Shown in pieces: positions 1-10,667 of a stretch of 64,000 nucleotides of DNA. Under the pieces are notes generated by a model. The model was not told where the DNA came from. It searched no databases and worked only from the letters and a program-made list of their open reading frames with translations. The stretch is from a virus. The DNA is taken from positions 32,001 to 96,000 of IMG/VR virus record IMGVR_UViG_3300030616_000506; one strand, 5' to 3'. A program made the position numbers and the translations under genes. Each line of letters begins with the position of its first letter. Positions within the stretch are counted from its first letter, which is position 1.

Positions 1-3000
1 TATGAGAGAGCCATTACAAATGCCGTAACTGTATCGGGATATCTAGGATCAGCCTTTGAAGAAGTTAAGGATAGAGTATCTGATCTAGCTGAAACTTTAA
101 GCAAAAAGACCGTATATAGCTCTTTAGAGGTAGCTAAGGCTTTTTACAGTATAGCATCAGCAGGTTATGATATATCTAAAATAACTGAACAAGAAGTTAT
201 ACCCATACTAAATTATGCTGCAGCAACTCAAGCTGAACTCGATACCGCTACACAAGCAGTATTAACAACCATTAAAGCATTTAATCTAACTCTAGAAGAT
301 ACCGCTAGAGTTACGGATGTATTTGTATCCGCAATTACATCATCATTTTTGACCATGGATAAGCTAAGGGAAGCCATGAAATATGTAGCTCCAATAGCGG
401 GTACCTTAGGAGTATCAGTAGAAGAAACAGTAGGAGCAGTAGCAGCATTAGCTAATGTTGGTATGGAAGGTGGACAAGCTGGACAACGTTTAAATATGGT
501 TCTAACTAAGTTACTAAAACCAACTGATAGAGCAAGAACTATGTTTGAGAGTATGGGGCTAACCATGCAAGATTTAGATCCTAATATACATTCCATAGTT
601 GATATTTTATATAAATTACAAGCAGCAAACTTTGGTGCTGCAGAAGCTGCAACTATGTTTAGAGCAAGAACAGCAGGTGCAGCAGTAGTATTAGTGGAAA
701 ATGCAGATTCGATAGCTAGAATGATAACTCAATATAAATTAGCTTTAGGAGTTACGGAAGCAGTAGCTCAAGCTCAAGAAGAAACTTTATGGGGAACTCT
801 AAAGAAAACTGCAGATGAAATGCAGAGAATAGCAATAAATATAGGAGAGCAGCTAGCTCCATCAATAGAAAATATATTAACAAGTTTATTAAGTACATTT
901 GAACCTCTGCTCTTAGGTTTAGGTAGCACTCTAAATAGTATATTCACTACTTTAACAGGTACATTTAATCAATTAAAGCCTCTAATACAGGGAATGGTTA
1001 ATGGTGTTGTTACTTTAGTTAATTCATTTTTATCTTTGTATAATATTATAAAGCCTATTTTACCAGTAATAATTATGTATTTCGTCATAATGAAAAGTTT
1101 AAAATTAATATTATGGGCTGTTGCTAAGGCTACAGTATTTTACTATAAAGTATTACTTCCATTAGCTAAATTCATAAGGATGTTAGTTACTTATAAGAAG
1201 ACATATGTAGGTGTCTCTCTTATGCTACATAAAGCTGTATTAGCTGAATCAGTAGCTAACGTTCAGGCAGCTGGATCTCAAGCTGTTTTAACTGGCTCAA
1301 CAGTTGCTTTAACAGGTGCTATAAAATCTCTAACTGCAGCTTTATTAACGAATCCTTTAACTTGGTTTGCTGTAGCTATAGGTGCAGTGGTTGCAGCATT
1401 TGCTGTGTTTGGAAGAGGTCAGCAAAAAATATCTAGATATGTTAGATCTTCAAGTGAAGAGATGGCTATTCAGATGGGAATAATGGAAGATACTGATAGT
1501 GTATTATTAAAATCTACTAAAAATATGAGAAAATTCTGGGGAGCTATGTCTGAATTATACTTTGAAAATAAGGAGGATCCTTGGTCCGCTATAAATATTG
1601 GAAAGTTTGCAGAGGATATGAAAATAACAGAAAAAGATCTTAGAGAGGTTTATAAAAGATTAATGGATGATACTGAAGAATATATAGGTATAAATAAAAA
1701 AGAATTAAGAGAAGCTCTAGAAACTTGGGGTAATATAGAATCAATTGAAGGTGTTGGAGCAATAATGAAAAATATAAGTAAGGAAACAGTAGAATATGTC
1801 AATAATTTAATAGCATCTGCAACTAAGAATAAAGAAAAATTAAGAGCTGTAGTAGATTTATCGGATGAATATATAGGATATCAAGTAGCTATAGAAAATG
1901 CTATACAAGCAGATAAAGATGAGAAAGTAGCATTGGATGCTCTAAATGATGCATATCTTAATAATGCAGATAGTTTAGATATATTAATAGAAAAAACTGA
2001 AGAATATGAAGCAGCTAAAGCAAAATCAACTAAAACTGATGAGTTGTTATTAACAGCCGTTAAAGATTTGTTAACTGGTATAAGATCCTATTCTGAAGAT
2101 TTATCGGGTGATGAGCCAGGAGGTAATCTAGATGAATGGGTAGGAATATTAGAAGATGCATCAGCAAAAACATTTGAATTATCTGAAAAACAGGCTAGAC
2201 AAACTATAATAATGAGAGATCAAAAAAATGCAGCTGTGGAATTATCTAGAGCTATTCTACAATATGGATCAAGTTCAGATGAAGCAGCTTCTGCACAAGA
2301 GCGTTTAAATACTCTAATAGAAGCTAGTGCTAGTCTTACTACTGAAATAGCTGAAATACAATCAGTAATAAATACAAACACTAGTTTATATAATGCAGTA
2401 TTGAAGGATAGAGTAGATGATACTCAATTATTGACTGATACAGAGAAATTATTATTACAAGATGCAAACAATATCATAAATATTAGAGATAAATCTATAA
2501 AGGCTGAGATAAAATATAATAAAGCTTTAGCTCAACAAAATGTTTTGGATAATATCAGAGAAAGTCACTCTACTATATTAGAAGAAAAGATGAGAATTTA
2601 CCTAGAAGCTCAACAAAAAATATTTGATATAGAAGAGAAACTATATAAATTAAGAGTTAATGAAGATGAACAAATGGAGGGATTATTTGATAAATTAGCT
2701 GAGCAAGGTCAGTTAACTGAAGAGATGATAAAAATGTATTCTGATATAGAAGAGGCTCAAGGAGCTATATTAGAAATTGAATATGACCATACTAGAGCTT
2801 TCGATGCTTTAACTGAATCTCAACAAGAAGTTGTTAAGGCATATTATAGGGGAGAAGTTGGTTTAGATGCATTAAGAGCTGCAGGTATAGATAATATAGA
2901 TATATTTGAAATATATAAACAAAGACAACAAGACTTAAAGGATGCTACAGATGCTTTTAGGGAAGCAATAATACCATTAGTTTCTGATTTAAAGGATATA

Positions 3001-5703
3001 GGAGCTATAACAGCTGAGACAGCACAAGCTTATTATGATATTATAGATAATGCTCTTGAAGTAGCTCAGGCTAATTTTGATATGTTAGAGAGTCAAAATG
3101 CTATAGTTGATAGTTGGAATGGTATGATAGACACTAATTCTATGTTAGCATTATCATTAATGGATAATGCAGACTCAGCATCTAGTGTTATAGATGTGTA
3201 TGACGAATTTTTAAATAAATTAGGAGTTACTAGACAGGAAGCATCTTCTACCATGGGATCCTTAGGAGCTCTTAGTGATGAAGAATTAATAGTTGGAGCT
3301 ACTCTAATACAAGCAGCTAAAAGTATAGGAGTTTATGAAGAAGGAATGTCTATAGCTGAATTAAAAAATAAACTAATGATTAAGTCCTTAGAAGATCTTA
3401 ATAATATAGCTACAGTAAGTCTTTCATCTATGGAACCTTATTATGAAATTGCTGATGCTGTTGGTGAATTAAAGACAGCTTTTGATTTAGCTAAGGATGC
3501 ATTACTAGACTTAACAGCTCAATTACAGGTATTTCTTGGTCTTACTAGTGAAGATATGTTTGAATTTTCAGTTGGATTTAATTTTAAAGAAGTTTTAGAG
3601 AGAGGATTCAAGGGAAATTTGGAAGCGTTACTAGATTTTGCAAAAGGGAAGGGATATGAGTTTTCATTTGATATTGCTAGTCAATGGGAAGGAGAAGATT
3701 GGAAGTCATTTATAGATGCAATAGATGATAATTATATGCCTGCACTTGAGGGAATACTAGAGGATGTATCTCCTGAAATAGATATAAATACTGAATGGGA
3801 TGGAAACGAATGGAAATCTTGGTATAGTAATTTAAGTAGTACCAAGAAAAATCAAATAAATAGAGCATTTGATAATTTTATATATAAATTTGAAGTTGGA
3901 ACATTATGGGATGGTACAGATTATGTTTCTTGGTATAATAGTTTATCATCAGATAAACAAACCGCTATAAAAACTATAATTGGGAATATGGGAGGAGATA
4001 TAAAAAATATAACAAAATGGGATAATGAAGATTGGGATAATTTTTTAAATACACTTCTTCCACAACATGAACTTGCTATCCAAGAATTAATGGATGCTTG
4101 GGATTTAACTTTTAATATACAACCAAATTTTGAAGAACCGAAAAAACCTGAGGAACCATTTAAGGATGTAGTAGTACTTCCAGATACACCTACTGGTAGT
4201 ATTGGATTATCAAAGGGTCAGACTGTAATTAGTCCAGATAAAGTAAAAATAATTCCAGATACACCTACTGGTAGTATTGGATTAGCTCCTGGTGATATAG
4301 TTGTAGATCGTGGAACTGTAGAAAAAGCAAATGCAGGAAACATAACTTTACCTCCAGGTATTCGTAATATTATAGAGAAAAGTCCATTAGGACATCTATT
4401 AAAACTTCAATCAGGTGGAATTATAACCAAACAACAACTTGCATTAATTGGAGAAAAAGGACCAGAAGCAATAATTCCTCTAACTGGTTCTAATAAAAAA
4501 GAAGGAGAGAAGATATTAGCTTCTATAATACCTGAATTTTTCCCAATAGTTCATGAAAAATTACCTACTTTACCACCAGGATCTAATATAGATCCCAGAG
4601 ATTGGTATGGAAACTCACTACCCCCTAAACCTTATTCTGGGTTCAATAAGGATGATTATGAATTCAATAAACTAGATTTATGGATTCAGGCTGAAGAAAA
4701 TTTAGGCAAATTAAATGATAGCTTAAAGAAAAGAGGAGTAAGTGAAGAAACTATTGCTAGATTAGCTCCTATAGCTGCTGATAAGTTTAAAGGAAAAATA
4801 GGAGACTCATCTAAAGAACTTGAATTTGCAATTGATTGGGTTATTCAAAATGAAAAGAAATCAGCTTTAGAAAAGATAAATATAGAAAAAACTGCTGCCG
4901 AAAGTGTATCTATCTCACTATCAGATTCTACCAATATGTTAACATCATCCTTTAATGATGTACTATCAGATTTTAGTGAAACATCCTTAACTGCATCTCA
5001 AAATTGGATACAATCAGTTCTAAAAAGCTCTGGGGATTGGCTAAGTTATATAAACACAACTTCACAAAACTGGTATGAATCAGTAGGAAATTCAGCTATC
5101 TCTCTTTATAATTACATTATTTCTTCATCAGACCAATTTAATACCCTATTAACTTCTACTGGAGGAGTATTCTCATCTCAAGTTTTATCAGCTAGTGTTG
5201 TATTATTATCTCATGCCACTATAGCTAGTGGATTGATAGTTGCAGCAGCTACTGAATTAATGAGAAAAATAAATGCTGCTAGCATCAATATTAACGTGCA
5301 ACATTCTCATGTGTTCTCTTATTATTATTATACCTTTGGTTGGGCTAAGGGAGGTATAGTACCCGGTCTACAAAAAGGAGATATAGTTAAGGGATCTCAA
5401 ATAATTGAAGTTGGAGAAAAAGGTGCAGAAGCTATAGTGCCATTAACGGGTACAAATAAGAAATTTGGTGAGAAAATATTACAAACAATAATACCTAAAT
5501 ATTATCCTGATTTATTTTTACAAGCTCAAACGGGGGGTCTCTTTGGTGGAGCCACTGGAGGTAGTGTTACTTATGGTGGTGATACTAATTATGTTGATGA
5601 GTATAATATAATGGGCCCCATAACAGTTACAGGAGTTCAAGACGTAAAAGGATTTATGGATAATTTAAAGATGAGAGCAAGGGCTACAGGAGCTAGAAAG
5701 TAA
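1..5703 (+). CDS. Tail tape measure protein, TP901 family (5' truncated; frame open from base 1)
   Basis: Frame 1 reads YERAITNAVTVSG...LEVAKAFYSIASAG...AAATQAELDTA...TMDKLREAMKYVAPIAGTLGVSVEETVGAVAALANVGMEGGQAG (TP901 core); hydrophobic stretch, long coiled-coil region, C-terminal GG...GEKGxEAIxPL motifs. Confidence 0.93.
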   Translation, partial: YERAITNAVTVSGYLGSAFEEVKDRVSDLAETLSKKTVYSSLEVAKAFYSIASAGYDISKITEQEVIPILNYAAATQAELDTATQAVLTTIKAFNLTLEDTARVTDVFVSAITSSFLTMDKLREAMKYVAPIAGTLGVSVEETVGAVAALANVGMEGGQAGQRLNMVLTKLLKPTDRARTMFESMGLTMQDLDPNIHSIVDILYKLQAANFGAAEAATMFRARTAGAAVVLVENADSIARMITQYKLALGVTEAVAQAQEETLWGTLKKTADEMQRIAINIGEQLAPSIENILTSLLSTFEPLLLGLGSTLNSIFTTLTGTFNQLKPLIQGMVNGVVTLVNSFLSLYNIIKPILPVIIMYFVIMKSLKLILWAVAKATVFYYKVLLPLAKFIRMLVTYKKTYVGVSLMLHKAVLAESVANVQAAGSQAVLTGSTVALTGAIKSLTAALLTNPLTWFAVAIGAVVAAFAVFGRGQQKISRYVRSSSEEMAIQMGIMEDTDSVLLKSTKNMRKFWGAMSELYFENKEDPWSAINIGKFAEDMKITEKDLREVYKRLMDDTEEYIGINKKELREALETWGNIESIEGVGAIMKNISKETVEYVNNLIASATKNKEKLRAVVDLSDEYIGYQVAIENAIQADKDEKVALDALNDAYLNNADSLDILIEKTEEYEAAKAKSTKTDELLLTAVKDLLTGIRSYSEDLSGDEPGGNLDEWVGILEDASAKTFELSEKQARQTIIMRDQKNAAVELSRAILQYGSSSDEAASAQERLNTLIEASASLTTEIAEIQSVINTNTSLYNAVLKDRVDDTQLLTDTEKLLLQDANNIINIRDKSIKAEIKYNKALAQQNVLDNIRESHSTILEEKMRIYLEAQQKIFDIEEKLYKLRVNEDEQMEGLFDKLAEQGQLTEEMIKMYSDIEEAQGAILEIEYDHTRAFDALTESQQEVVKAYYRGEVGLDALRAAGIDNIDIFEIYKQRQQDLKDATDAFREAIIPLVSDLKDIGAITAETAQAYYDIIDNALEVAQANFDMLESQNAIVDSWNGMIDTNSMLALSLMDNADSASSVIDVYDEFLNKLGVTRQEASSTMGSLGALSDEELIVGATLIQAAKSIGVYEEGMSIAELKNKLMIKSLEDLNNIATVSLSSMEPYYEIADAVGELKTAFDLAKDALLDLTAQLQVFLGLTSEDMFEFSVGFNFKEVLERGFKGNLEALLDFAKGKGYEFSFDIASQWEGEDWKSFIDAIDDNYMPALEGILEDVSPEIDINTEWDGNEWKSWYSNLSSTKKNQINRAFDNFIYKFEVGTLWDGTDYVSWYNSLSSDKQTAIKTIIGNMGGDIKNITKWDNEDWDNFLNTLLPQHELAIQELMDAWDLTFNIQPNFEEPKKPEEPFKDVVVLPDTPTGSIGLSKGQTVISPDKVKIIPDTPTGSIGLAPGDIVVDRGTVEKANAGNITLPPGIRNIIEKSPLGHLLKLQSGGIITKQQLALIGEKGPEAIIPLTGSNKKEGEKILASIIPEFFPIVHEKLPTLPPGSNIDPRDWYGNSLPPKPYSGFNKDDYEFNKLDLWIQAEENLGKLNDSLKKRGVSEETIARLAPIAADKFKGKIGDSSKELEFAIDWVIQNEKKSALEKINIEKTAAESVSISLSDSTNMLTSSFNDVLSDFSETSLTASQNWIQSVLKSSGDWLSYINTTSQNWYESVGNSAISLYNYIISSSDQFNTLLTSTGGVFSSQVLSASVVLLSHATIASGLIVAAATELMRKINAASININVQHSHVFSYYYYTFGWAKGGIVPGLQKGDIVKGSQIIEVGEKGAEAIVPLTGTNKKFGEKILQTIIPKYYPDLFLQAQTGGLFGGATGGSVTYGGDTNYVDEYNIMGPITVTGVQDVKGFMDNLKMRARATGARK
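3679..4063 (+). repeat. Four ~37-aa Trp-rich repeats in the TMP
   Basis: SQWEGEDWKSFIDAID / TEWDGNEWKSWYSNLSS / TLWDGTDYVSWYNSLSS / TKWDNEDWDNFLNTLL. Confidence 0.8.
4178..4284 (+). repeat. Perfect 32-bp direct repeat (4178-4209 and 4253-4284), in frame, encoding PDTPTGSIGL
   Basis: ttccagatacacctactggtagtattggatta occurs twice, 75 bp apart. Confidence 0.95.
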
Positions 5704-8700
5704 TGGTTAGTACATATTCGGTAATATTTAATTCTGGTCAGGGAACTCAATTTGAGTATGAGCCTGGTGGAAATGTAGATTATTTTACCATAACTAATTC
5801 AGATCAATCTTATTATCAAAATGCATCTTTAAGAATTCATAATTTATCTACTGATAATGAAGGTTATCTAGACTTAAATAATACATTAAAGATATATATA
5901 GATAATGAATTGGAATTCGATGGATACGTTAATAGAATACAGAAATCTTTAGAAGGGGTTAGAGTATATGATATTCAAGCTATAGGTAGAACGTACGATC
6001 TCTGGAGATTTATAACTTCTTCTAATACTAAATATAACAGCAAATATTCATCTTATATAGTATCATCTCTAGTTCATGATTATTGTTCAGGAAATGGAGT
6101 TTATATATCACCTCCTAAAATAGGTTCTACTTTAGGCTCTTATATTAATGAGATTACTTTTTCTGATATGGAAATAGGGAGTTGTATAGGTAGAATGGCT
6201 CAAATGGATGGTTATAGTTTTTTTGTTGATAGTGATAAGGTATTAAATTATTATCAACCTAAATTATCTCCTCAGTTTACCGTAGATGAAAGTGATGTAA
6301 TAGAGATGTCTCCTCATGAGAAATCAGATGACTCAATGAGGAATTCAATTTTAGTTATAGGATCAGTAGAATATGAGAAATATTCAGAAAATACAGAATC
6401 TCCTGATGGATATTATTACATATCAGGTCATAATAAATCTGATGGAGCTATTAGTGATGCCACTTACATAGCTCAAAGAATGAAGATTCCGAATAATCTT
6501 CATTTTGATAGATTAAGTTCAGTTAAACTTTATGTAGATAGAAGTTCTGGTGATAATACTCCTTATTATTTAAAGGGATCTATTAGAAAAGATGATGATG
6601 GATCTCCATCTAGTAATAGTACTATATTTCCGGTATCAAATGCATTTGTTAGCAGTGATTCCATGAAATTTATTGGTACCGATATTATGTCTCCTCCTGA
6701 TTGGACACCTTATTATTCATATCCAAATCCTGACTCTATAGATATTAGTGGAGGACAGACTATATGGTTAGTATTTAATTATGATGGTGCATCATCAGAT
6801 AAATATTGGAAATTAGCTTATAGTAATTTATCTAATTTATCTTATGGAGAAGATCCAGATGGCAATGGATTAAAAATTACAAATGATCCAAACTTAGTTG
6901 GAACTCTTTCAGCTCCTTATAGTGGTTCTATTCCTTATAAGAAAATGGAGGGTCTTGGAGATAAGAGTTGTGGTAAATGTGGTAATACCTCTTATTGGAT
7001 TGGGGGAGAGTATGGTATATTAGGACCTACTAATAGAATGTACGGAACAACATTTACTGTAGGTACTATTGCTGATAATAGTAGGTATCTTTTATCTGGG
7101 GTATCTATATATTGCTTTATATCTGGTCTAAATGGAGATGAAATTATAAAGCAGGTTATATATACTTTGGATGATGATGATAAACCTAAGGATGTATTAA
7201 TAACAAAATCCTTAGCAGTAGGAGAGGGGGATGTTATGCCATCTGGAGGAATAAATGATGCAGATTGGTTTTGGTTTCCCTTTAGTACTAATACATATCT
7301 TGAGGGTGGTAGGAAATATGCTTTAGTTTATAGTGGACAAACTAGTGGTTCAACTGCTGCATATACATTTGCTGAAGATAGAGCTTTTAATATTCCTGTA
7401 AGTAGCTCTTTTTCAGATCCATATGTAGGTGGTAAGTTATATAGAATAAATAGTGCACAAGATTCTAATACAGGAGAATTGGATTCTACTTATATATACT
7501 TTAATATATCCAGTACCGCTTATCCATATAACTATGGAAGTATAGATTATGACTCTTCTCATGAGCACATAATTTTCCATGTATCATCAGTAGGATTATC
7601 TCCTCAGGATGGATATACTTCAGGATCTATAAGATATAAAGAGTTCGGTATTACTGGTGGAGGTATAACTACTGATTTGGGAGAATTTATTATATCCTGC
7701 AATATAGAGAACTATACTGGAGGTAATTATACTAGTCAACCTAAAAGTGATGCATATGAAAAATATCATTCTAAATTAATATTTGGTTTATTTGATCCTA
7801 CCTCACCAGGTGGGAATGATTATAATCCAACAATGGGATTTGAATTTAATTTGGATTTATCTAGTCAAAGAAAATTAATTTATAATGAAACTACAACAGT
7901 TGGTACACAAGGATTTTATGGAGCTTATTGGCATGCACAAACATTTACATCTGATTTTCCATTTATCTTAACGGATCTATATTCTTATACAAAAAAGATG
8001 TTGGGTGGTACTATAACTTTTTGGGCATTCATAGAAAAAACAGATGCGAGTCATCATCCTGATGGTAATCCATTAGCTTCTGGATCTGTTACTACAAGTA
8101 ATGGAAATTTCTTATTTCATAGACATAATATGAATAATAATATTTATATTAGTGCTAATATGGAATATGCTATAGTATTAAAGTGTGAACATGGAGATAC
8201 TTCTAATTGTCCAGCTTATGGCAAAAATATAAATGTATCTAATCCATATGAAGATGGTAGTTGTTATGTAACTACTGATGGTGGATCATCATGGCAGCTT
8301 TATACAAGTTGGGCTAGTTGGCCAGCATCTTATGATGATATGCCCTTCAAGTTGTATGGTTTTGTTGATAAAGCTGTTAGACCAGTATTATGTACTAATA
8401 TAGATGATAGTACACCACAAAATCCTCAATATGTAACAGGAGATTGGTTTGCTACTGGAGCTAAAACTTACAAATGCCAGTTAGATGGATCTAATTTTTT
8501 ATTTTATATTGATGGAAGTTTAAAACAAACTTGGGATGTCTCTAATGTAACATTAAATGGTAATTATAAATTTGGAGCTGGTAATGAATATGATTGGAGT
8601 GGTTTTAGATTTATATTAGTTGATGGAGCTGGTTGTAAATATAGTTCAGGAACTATAGGAGAGATAAGTGGTAATATAAAATATATAAGTGTTCCAGCTA

Positions 8701-9155
8701 CAGATTTAATTTTATCTCGATCAACTGATTCAGGTCAAACTTGGACTAATGACTCCTCAAAACATCTGCTATATTCTATAGGATGGAATTATGATAATGT
8801 AAGAGGAGAGGCAGAATCTGATACTATAGATAAATATGGAAAACATTTTTATAAAGTTAATGAAAATTTATTAAATACATACGTTGATTGTGAAAATTAT
8901 GCAGAAAGATTAATGGATACCTATCAAAGTGGAATATCTACTGGAGAAATAACTATAGATGGAAGAACGGATGTAGATATAAAGACTAAATTTAGATACA
9001 GTGGTACAAATCTAGATCTAAAGGATAAATTTGTTATATCTCAATATGAGCAGATATTTGATAAAGATGGATTCAGAACTAAAATAATATATGGAGAAGC
9101 TCCTTATGATATAGCCAGAAAGGTGGCTAACCTAGAATCTGAGGTGTATGAATAA
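5703..9155 (+). CDS. Tail hub/Tal-like protein with inserted beta-sandwich (putative carbohydrate-binding) modules
   Basis: Directly after TMP (TAATG overlap); N-terminal hub-like segments (FDGYVNRI, YSFFVDSDKVLNY, RNSILVIG) and C-terminal TIDKYGKH...AERLM...GEITIDG flank a Ser/Gly/Tyr-rich insert. Confidence 0.7.
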   Translation: MVSTYSVIFNSGQGTQFEYEPGGNVDYFTITNSDQSYYQNASLRIHNLSTDNEGYLDLNNTLKIYIDNELEFDGYVNRIQKSLEGVRVYDIQAIGRTYDLWRFITSSNTKYNSKYSSYIVSSLVHDYCSGNGVYISPPKIGSTLGSYINEITFSDMEIGSCIGRMAQMDGYSFFVDSDKVLNYYQPKLSPQFTVDESDVIEMSPHEKSDDSMRNSILVIGSVEYEKYSENTESPDGYYYISGHNKSDGAISDATYIAQRMKIPNNLHFDRLSSVKLYVDRSSGDNTPYYLKGSIRKDDDGSPSSNSTIFPVSNAFVSSDSMKFIGTDIMSPPDWTPYYSYPNPDSIDISGGQTIWLVFNYDGASSDKYWKLAYSNLSNLSYGEDPDGNGLKITNDPNLVGTLSAPYSGSIPYKKMEGLGDKSCGKCGNTSYWIGGEYGILGPTNRMYGTTFTVGTIADNSRYLLSGVSIYCFISGLNGDEIIKQVIYTLDDDDKPKDVLITKSLAVGEGDVMPSGGINDADWFWFPFSTNTYLEGGRKYALVYSGQTSGSTAAYTFAEDRAFNIPVSSSFSDPYVGGKLYRINSAQDSNTGELDSTYIYFNISSTAYPYNYGSIDYDSSHEHIIFHVSSVGLSPQDGYTSGSIRYKEFGITGGGITTDLGEFIISCNIENYTGGNYTSQPKSDAYEKYHSKLIFGLFDPTSPGGNDYNPTMGFEFNLDLSSQRKLIYNETTTVGTQGFYGAYWHAQTFTSDFPFILTDLYSYTKKMLGGTITFWAFIEKTDASHHPDGNPLASGSVTTSNGNFLFHRHNMNNNIYISANMEYAIVLKCEHGDTSNCPAYGKNINVSNPYEDGSCYVTTDGGSSWQLYTSWASWPASYDDMPFKLYGFVDKAVRPVLCTNIDDSTPQNPQYVTGDWFATGAKTYKCQLDGSNFLFYIDGSLKQTWDVSNVTLNGNYKFGAGNEYDWSGFRFILVDGAGCKYSSGTIGEISGNIKYISVPATDLILSRSTDSGQTWTNDSSKHLLYSIGWNYDNVRGEAESDTIDKYGKHFYKVNENLLNTYVDCENYAERLMDTYQSGISTGEITIDGRTDVDIKTKFRYSGTNLDLKDKFVISQYEQIFDKDGFRTKIIYGEAPYDIARKVANLESEVYE

Positions 9156-9562
9156 TGGGAACTTATACTGATGGTCATGGTTTGAAGATTTATTTTTCTG
9201 GAGTTGCATATCCTAATCATTATATAGAATGTTGGTGTAAGAGATGGGATGAAAATGATTATGATATTATTATTGAAACTTTTTTAAGCTCTGGTGCTAG
9301 GGATGCCCTATTTAGTAATGTAGTTCCTGGATCTCTAAGAGAATATAGCAATTCTTTAGGATGGGTAATTAATTTAGATGGTACATTCTCAAGATCATCT
9401 AATACCTTAATATTTGAACCTCAACATGGATATGGTATATCTAGTTTGAGATCTAGAAAAATAGGTATAGTTAAAAATATTTCAGATACCTTTATAAATT
9501 CAAATAAATTTGATGTAAAAATAGAATCTAAGTGGAAAAGATCTTGGAGTGATTTCTCTTGA
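9155..9562 (+). CDS. Virion protein, 'RWD' paralog 1 (possible distal-tail-like)
   Basis: CWCKRWDENDYDIIIETFL...PG...NTLIFEP...KIE; homologous to 9559-9939 and 16289-16831. Confidence 0.6.
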   Translation: MGTYTDGHGLKIYFSGVAYPNHYIECWCKRWDENDYDIIIETFLSSGARDALFSNVVPGSLREYSNSLGWVINLDGTFSRSSNTLIFEPQHGYGISSLRSRKIGIVKNISDTFINSNKFDVKIESKWKRSWSDFS

Positions 9563-9939
9563 ATGATTTAATAATTAGTGGTAACTCTTGTTACATAAAG
9601 TGTAAATGCTCTAGATGGGATGTACAAAACTATAATGTTATTATAGAAACTTGGCTAAATAAATCCAATTATGAAGATTTAAGGGATAGTGTAAGACCGG
9701 GTGCAGTAGGAGAGTTATATAATATTCTAGGTAGACCTAGATACTACGATAAATCTTGGAGATCCTATAATACTTTATGGATATATCCTGACACTACAAG
9801 TAATTCTAATTTAAAGAATATGAGGGATGGTAATACTTTGATATATGTTAAGAATATTAATAGTTCACCGGTTGCTGGTGCATCTGGTTGGATAAATATT
9901 AAAATTGAAGGAATGATTAGCGGACAAGGTGCTTTATAA
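9559..9939 (+). CDS. Virion protein, 'RWD' paralog 2
   Basis: CKCSRWDVQNYNVIIETWL...RPGAVGELYNILGRPRYYDK...IKIEGMISG; TTG start overlapping the previous stop. Confidence 0.65.
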   Translation: MNDLIISGNSCYIKCKCSRWDVQNYNVIIETWLNKSNYEDLRDSVRPGAVGELYNILGRPRYYDKSWRSYNTLWIYPDTTSNSNLKNMRDGNTLIYVKNINSSPVAGASGWINIKIEGMISGQGAL

Positions 9940-10025
9940 TGTCAGGTATTGAAGTTATAGGACCATCTCATAAATATATTAAAACTAATAAATCCCCTTA
10001 CAAAAAACTTATAGAGGTAGTATAA
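9939..10025 (+). CDS. 28-aa mini-protein MSGIEVIGPSHKYIKTNKSPYKKLIEVV
   Basis: Fills the gap exactly with TAATG overlaps at both ends; loosely resembles the Lys-rich C-terminal tails of the next two genes. Confidence 0.55.
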   Translation: MSGIEVIGPSHKYIKTNKSPYKKLIEVV

Positions 10026-10615
10026 TGAAAGAAAAACTATATGAATATAATGATTTAGGTGCGATGGTAATTCCTGCATATTTATCTGGAAGTAAATGGT
10101 GGGGTCAAACTATAACCATAGGAAATGTAGGTACAAATGAAGACCATTATCTTACTGCATTAAAAATAACATTCCAAAAAAACAGTAATCCAAATGGAGA
10201 TTGTACTATTAGTGTTAGAAATGTTGATGGAGATGGATTACCAACTGGTGATGATTTAACTTCCACATCACTTAGCTGTAGTGATTTTCCAACTGATAAT
10301 AATGTATCAACTAAATTGGAATTTGATAATAATATAAAATTAAAGAAGGATACATCTTATGCCTTTATATTTAGAGCTCCAGAAGCAGATACCTCAAATA
10401 ATTTAAATATGGCATATAAACCAGCTGACTATGGTGGAGGGTGTTTTTTAGAATCATCTGATGATGGAGAATCTTGGTCCAAAGTTGACGAGGGTGTATC
10501 TGATACTGAATTTTGGGAATATGGAACTGTAGGATATGAAACAAAATTCATCAAAGTTCCAGGAAAGAAAATTAAATTTAATAAAGTTTCTAATAAAGGA
10601 TTTAAAATAGGATAA
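10025..10615 (+). CDS. Virion/adhesin protein, single beta-sandwich module with Lys-rich C-terminal tail
   Basis: GQTITIG...YAFIFRA...SSDDGESW resembles the modules in 5703-9155; ends KFIKVPGKKIKFNKVSNKGFKIG. Confidence 0.6.
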   Translation: MKEKLYEYNDLGAMVIPAYLSGSKWWGQTITIGNVGTNEDHYLTALKITFQKNSNPNGDCTISVRNVDGDGLPTGDDLTSTSLSCSDFPTDNNVSTKLEFDNNIKLKKDTSYAFIFRAPEADTSNNLNMAYKPADYGGGCFLESSDDGESWSKVDEGVSDTEFWEYGTVGYETKFIKVPGKKIKFNKVSNKGFKIG

Positions 10616-10619
10616 AATT

Positions 10620-10667
10620 ATGTTGGATTCAATTGAAATTTATATATCAGGAACAGGTGCTTTATAA
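10620..10667 (+). CDS. 15-aa mini-ORF MLDSIEIYISGTGAL (possible relic of an RWD gene 3' end)
   Basis: Ends ...ISGTGAL-TAATG, like ...ISGQGAL-TAATG at 9939; coupled to the start at 10667. Confidence 0.4.
   Translation: MLDSIEIYISGTGAL

Noticed and set aside
4178-4284. Mini CRISPR array (32-bp repeat, 43-bp spacer)
   Set aside because: Only two copies, in frame inside the TMP, and the protein similarity extends beyond the repeat; no cas genes
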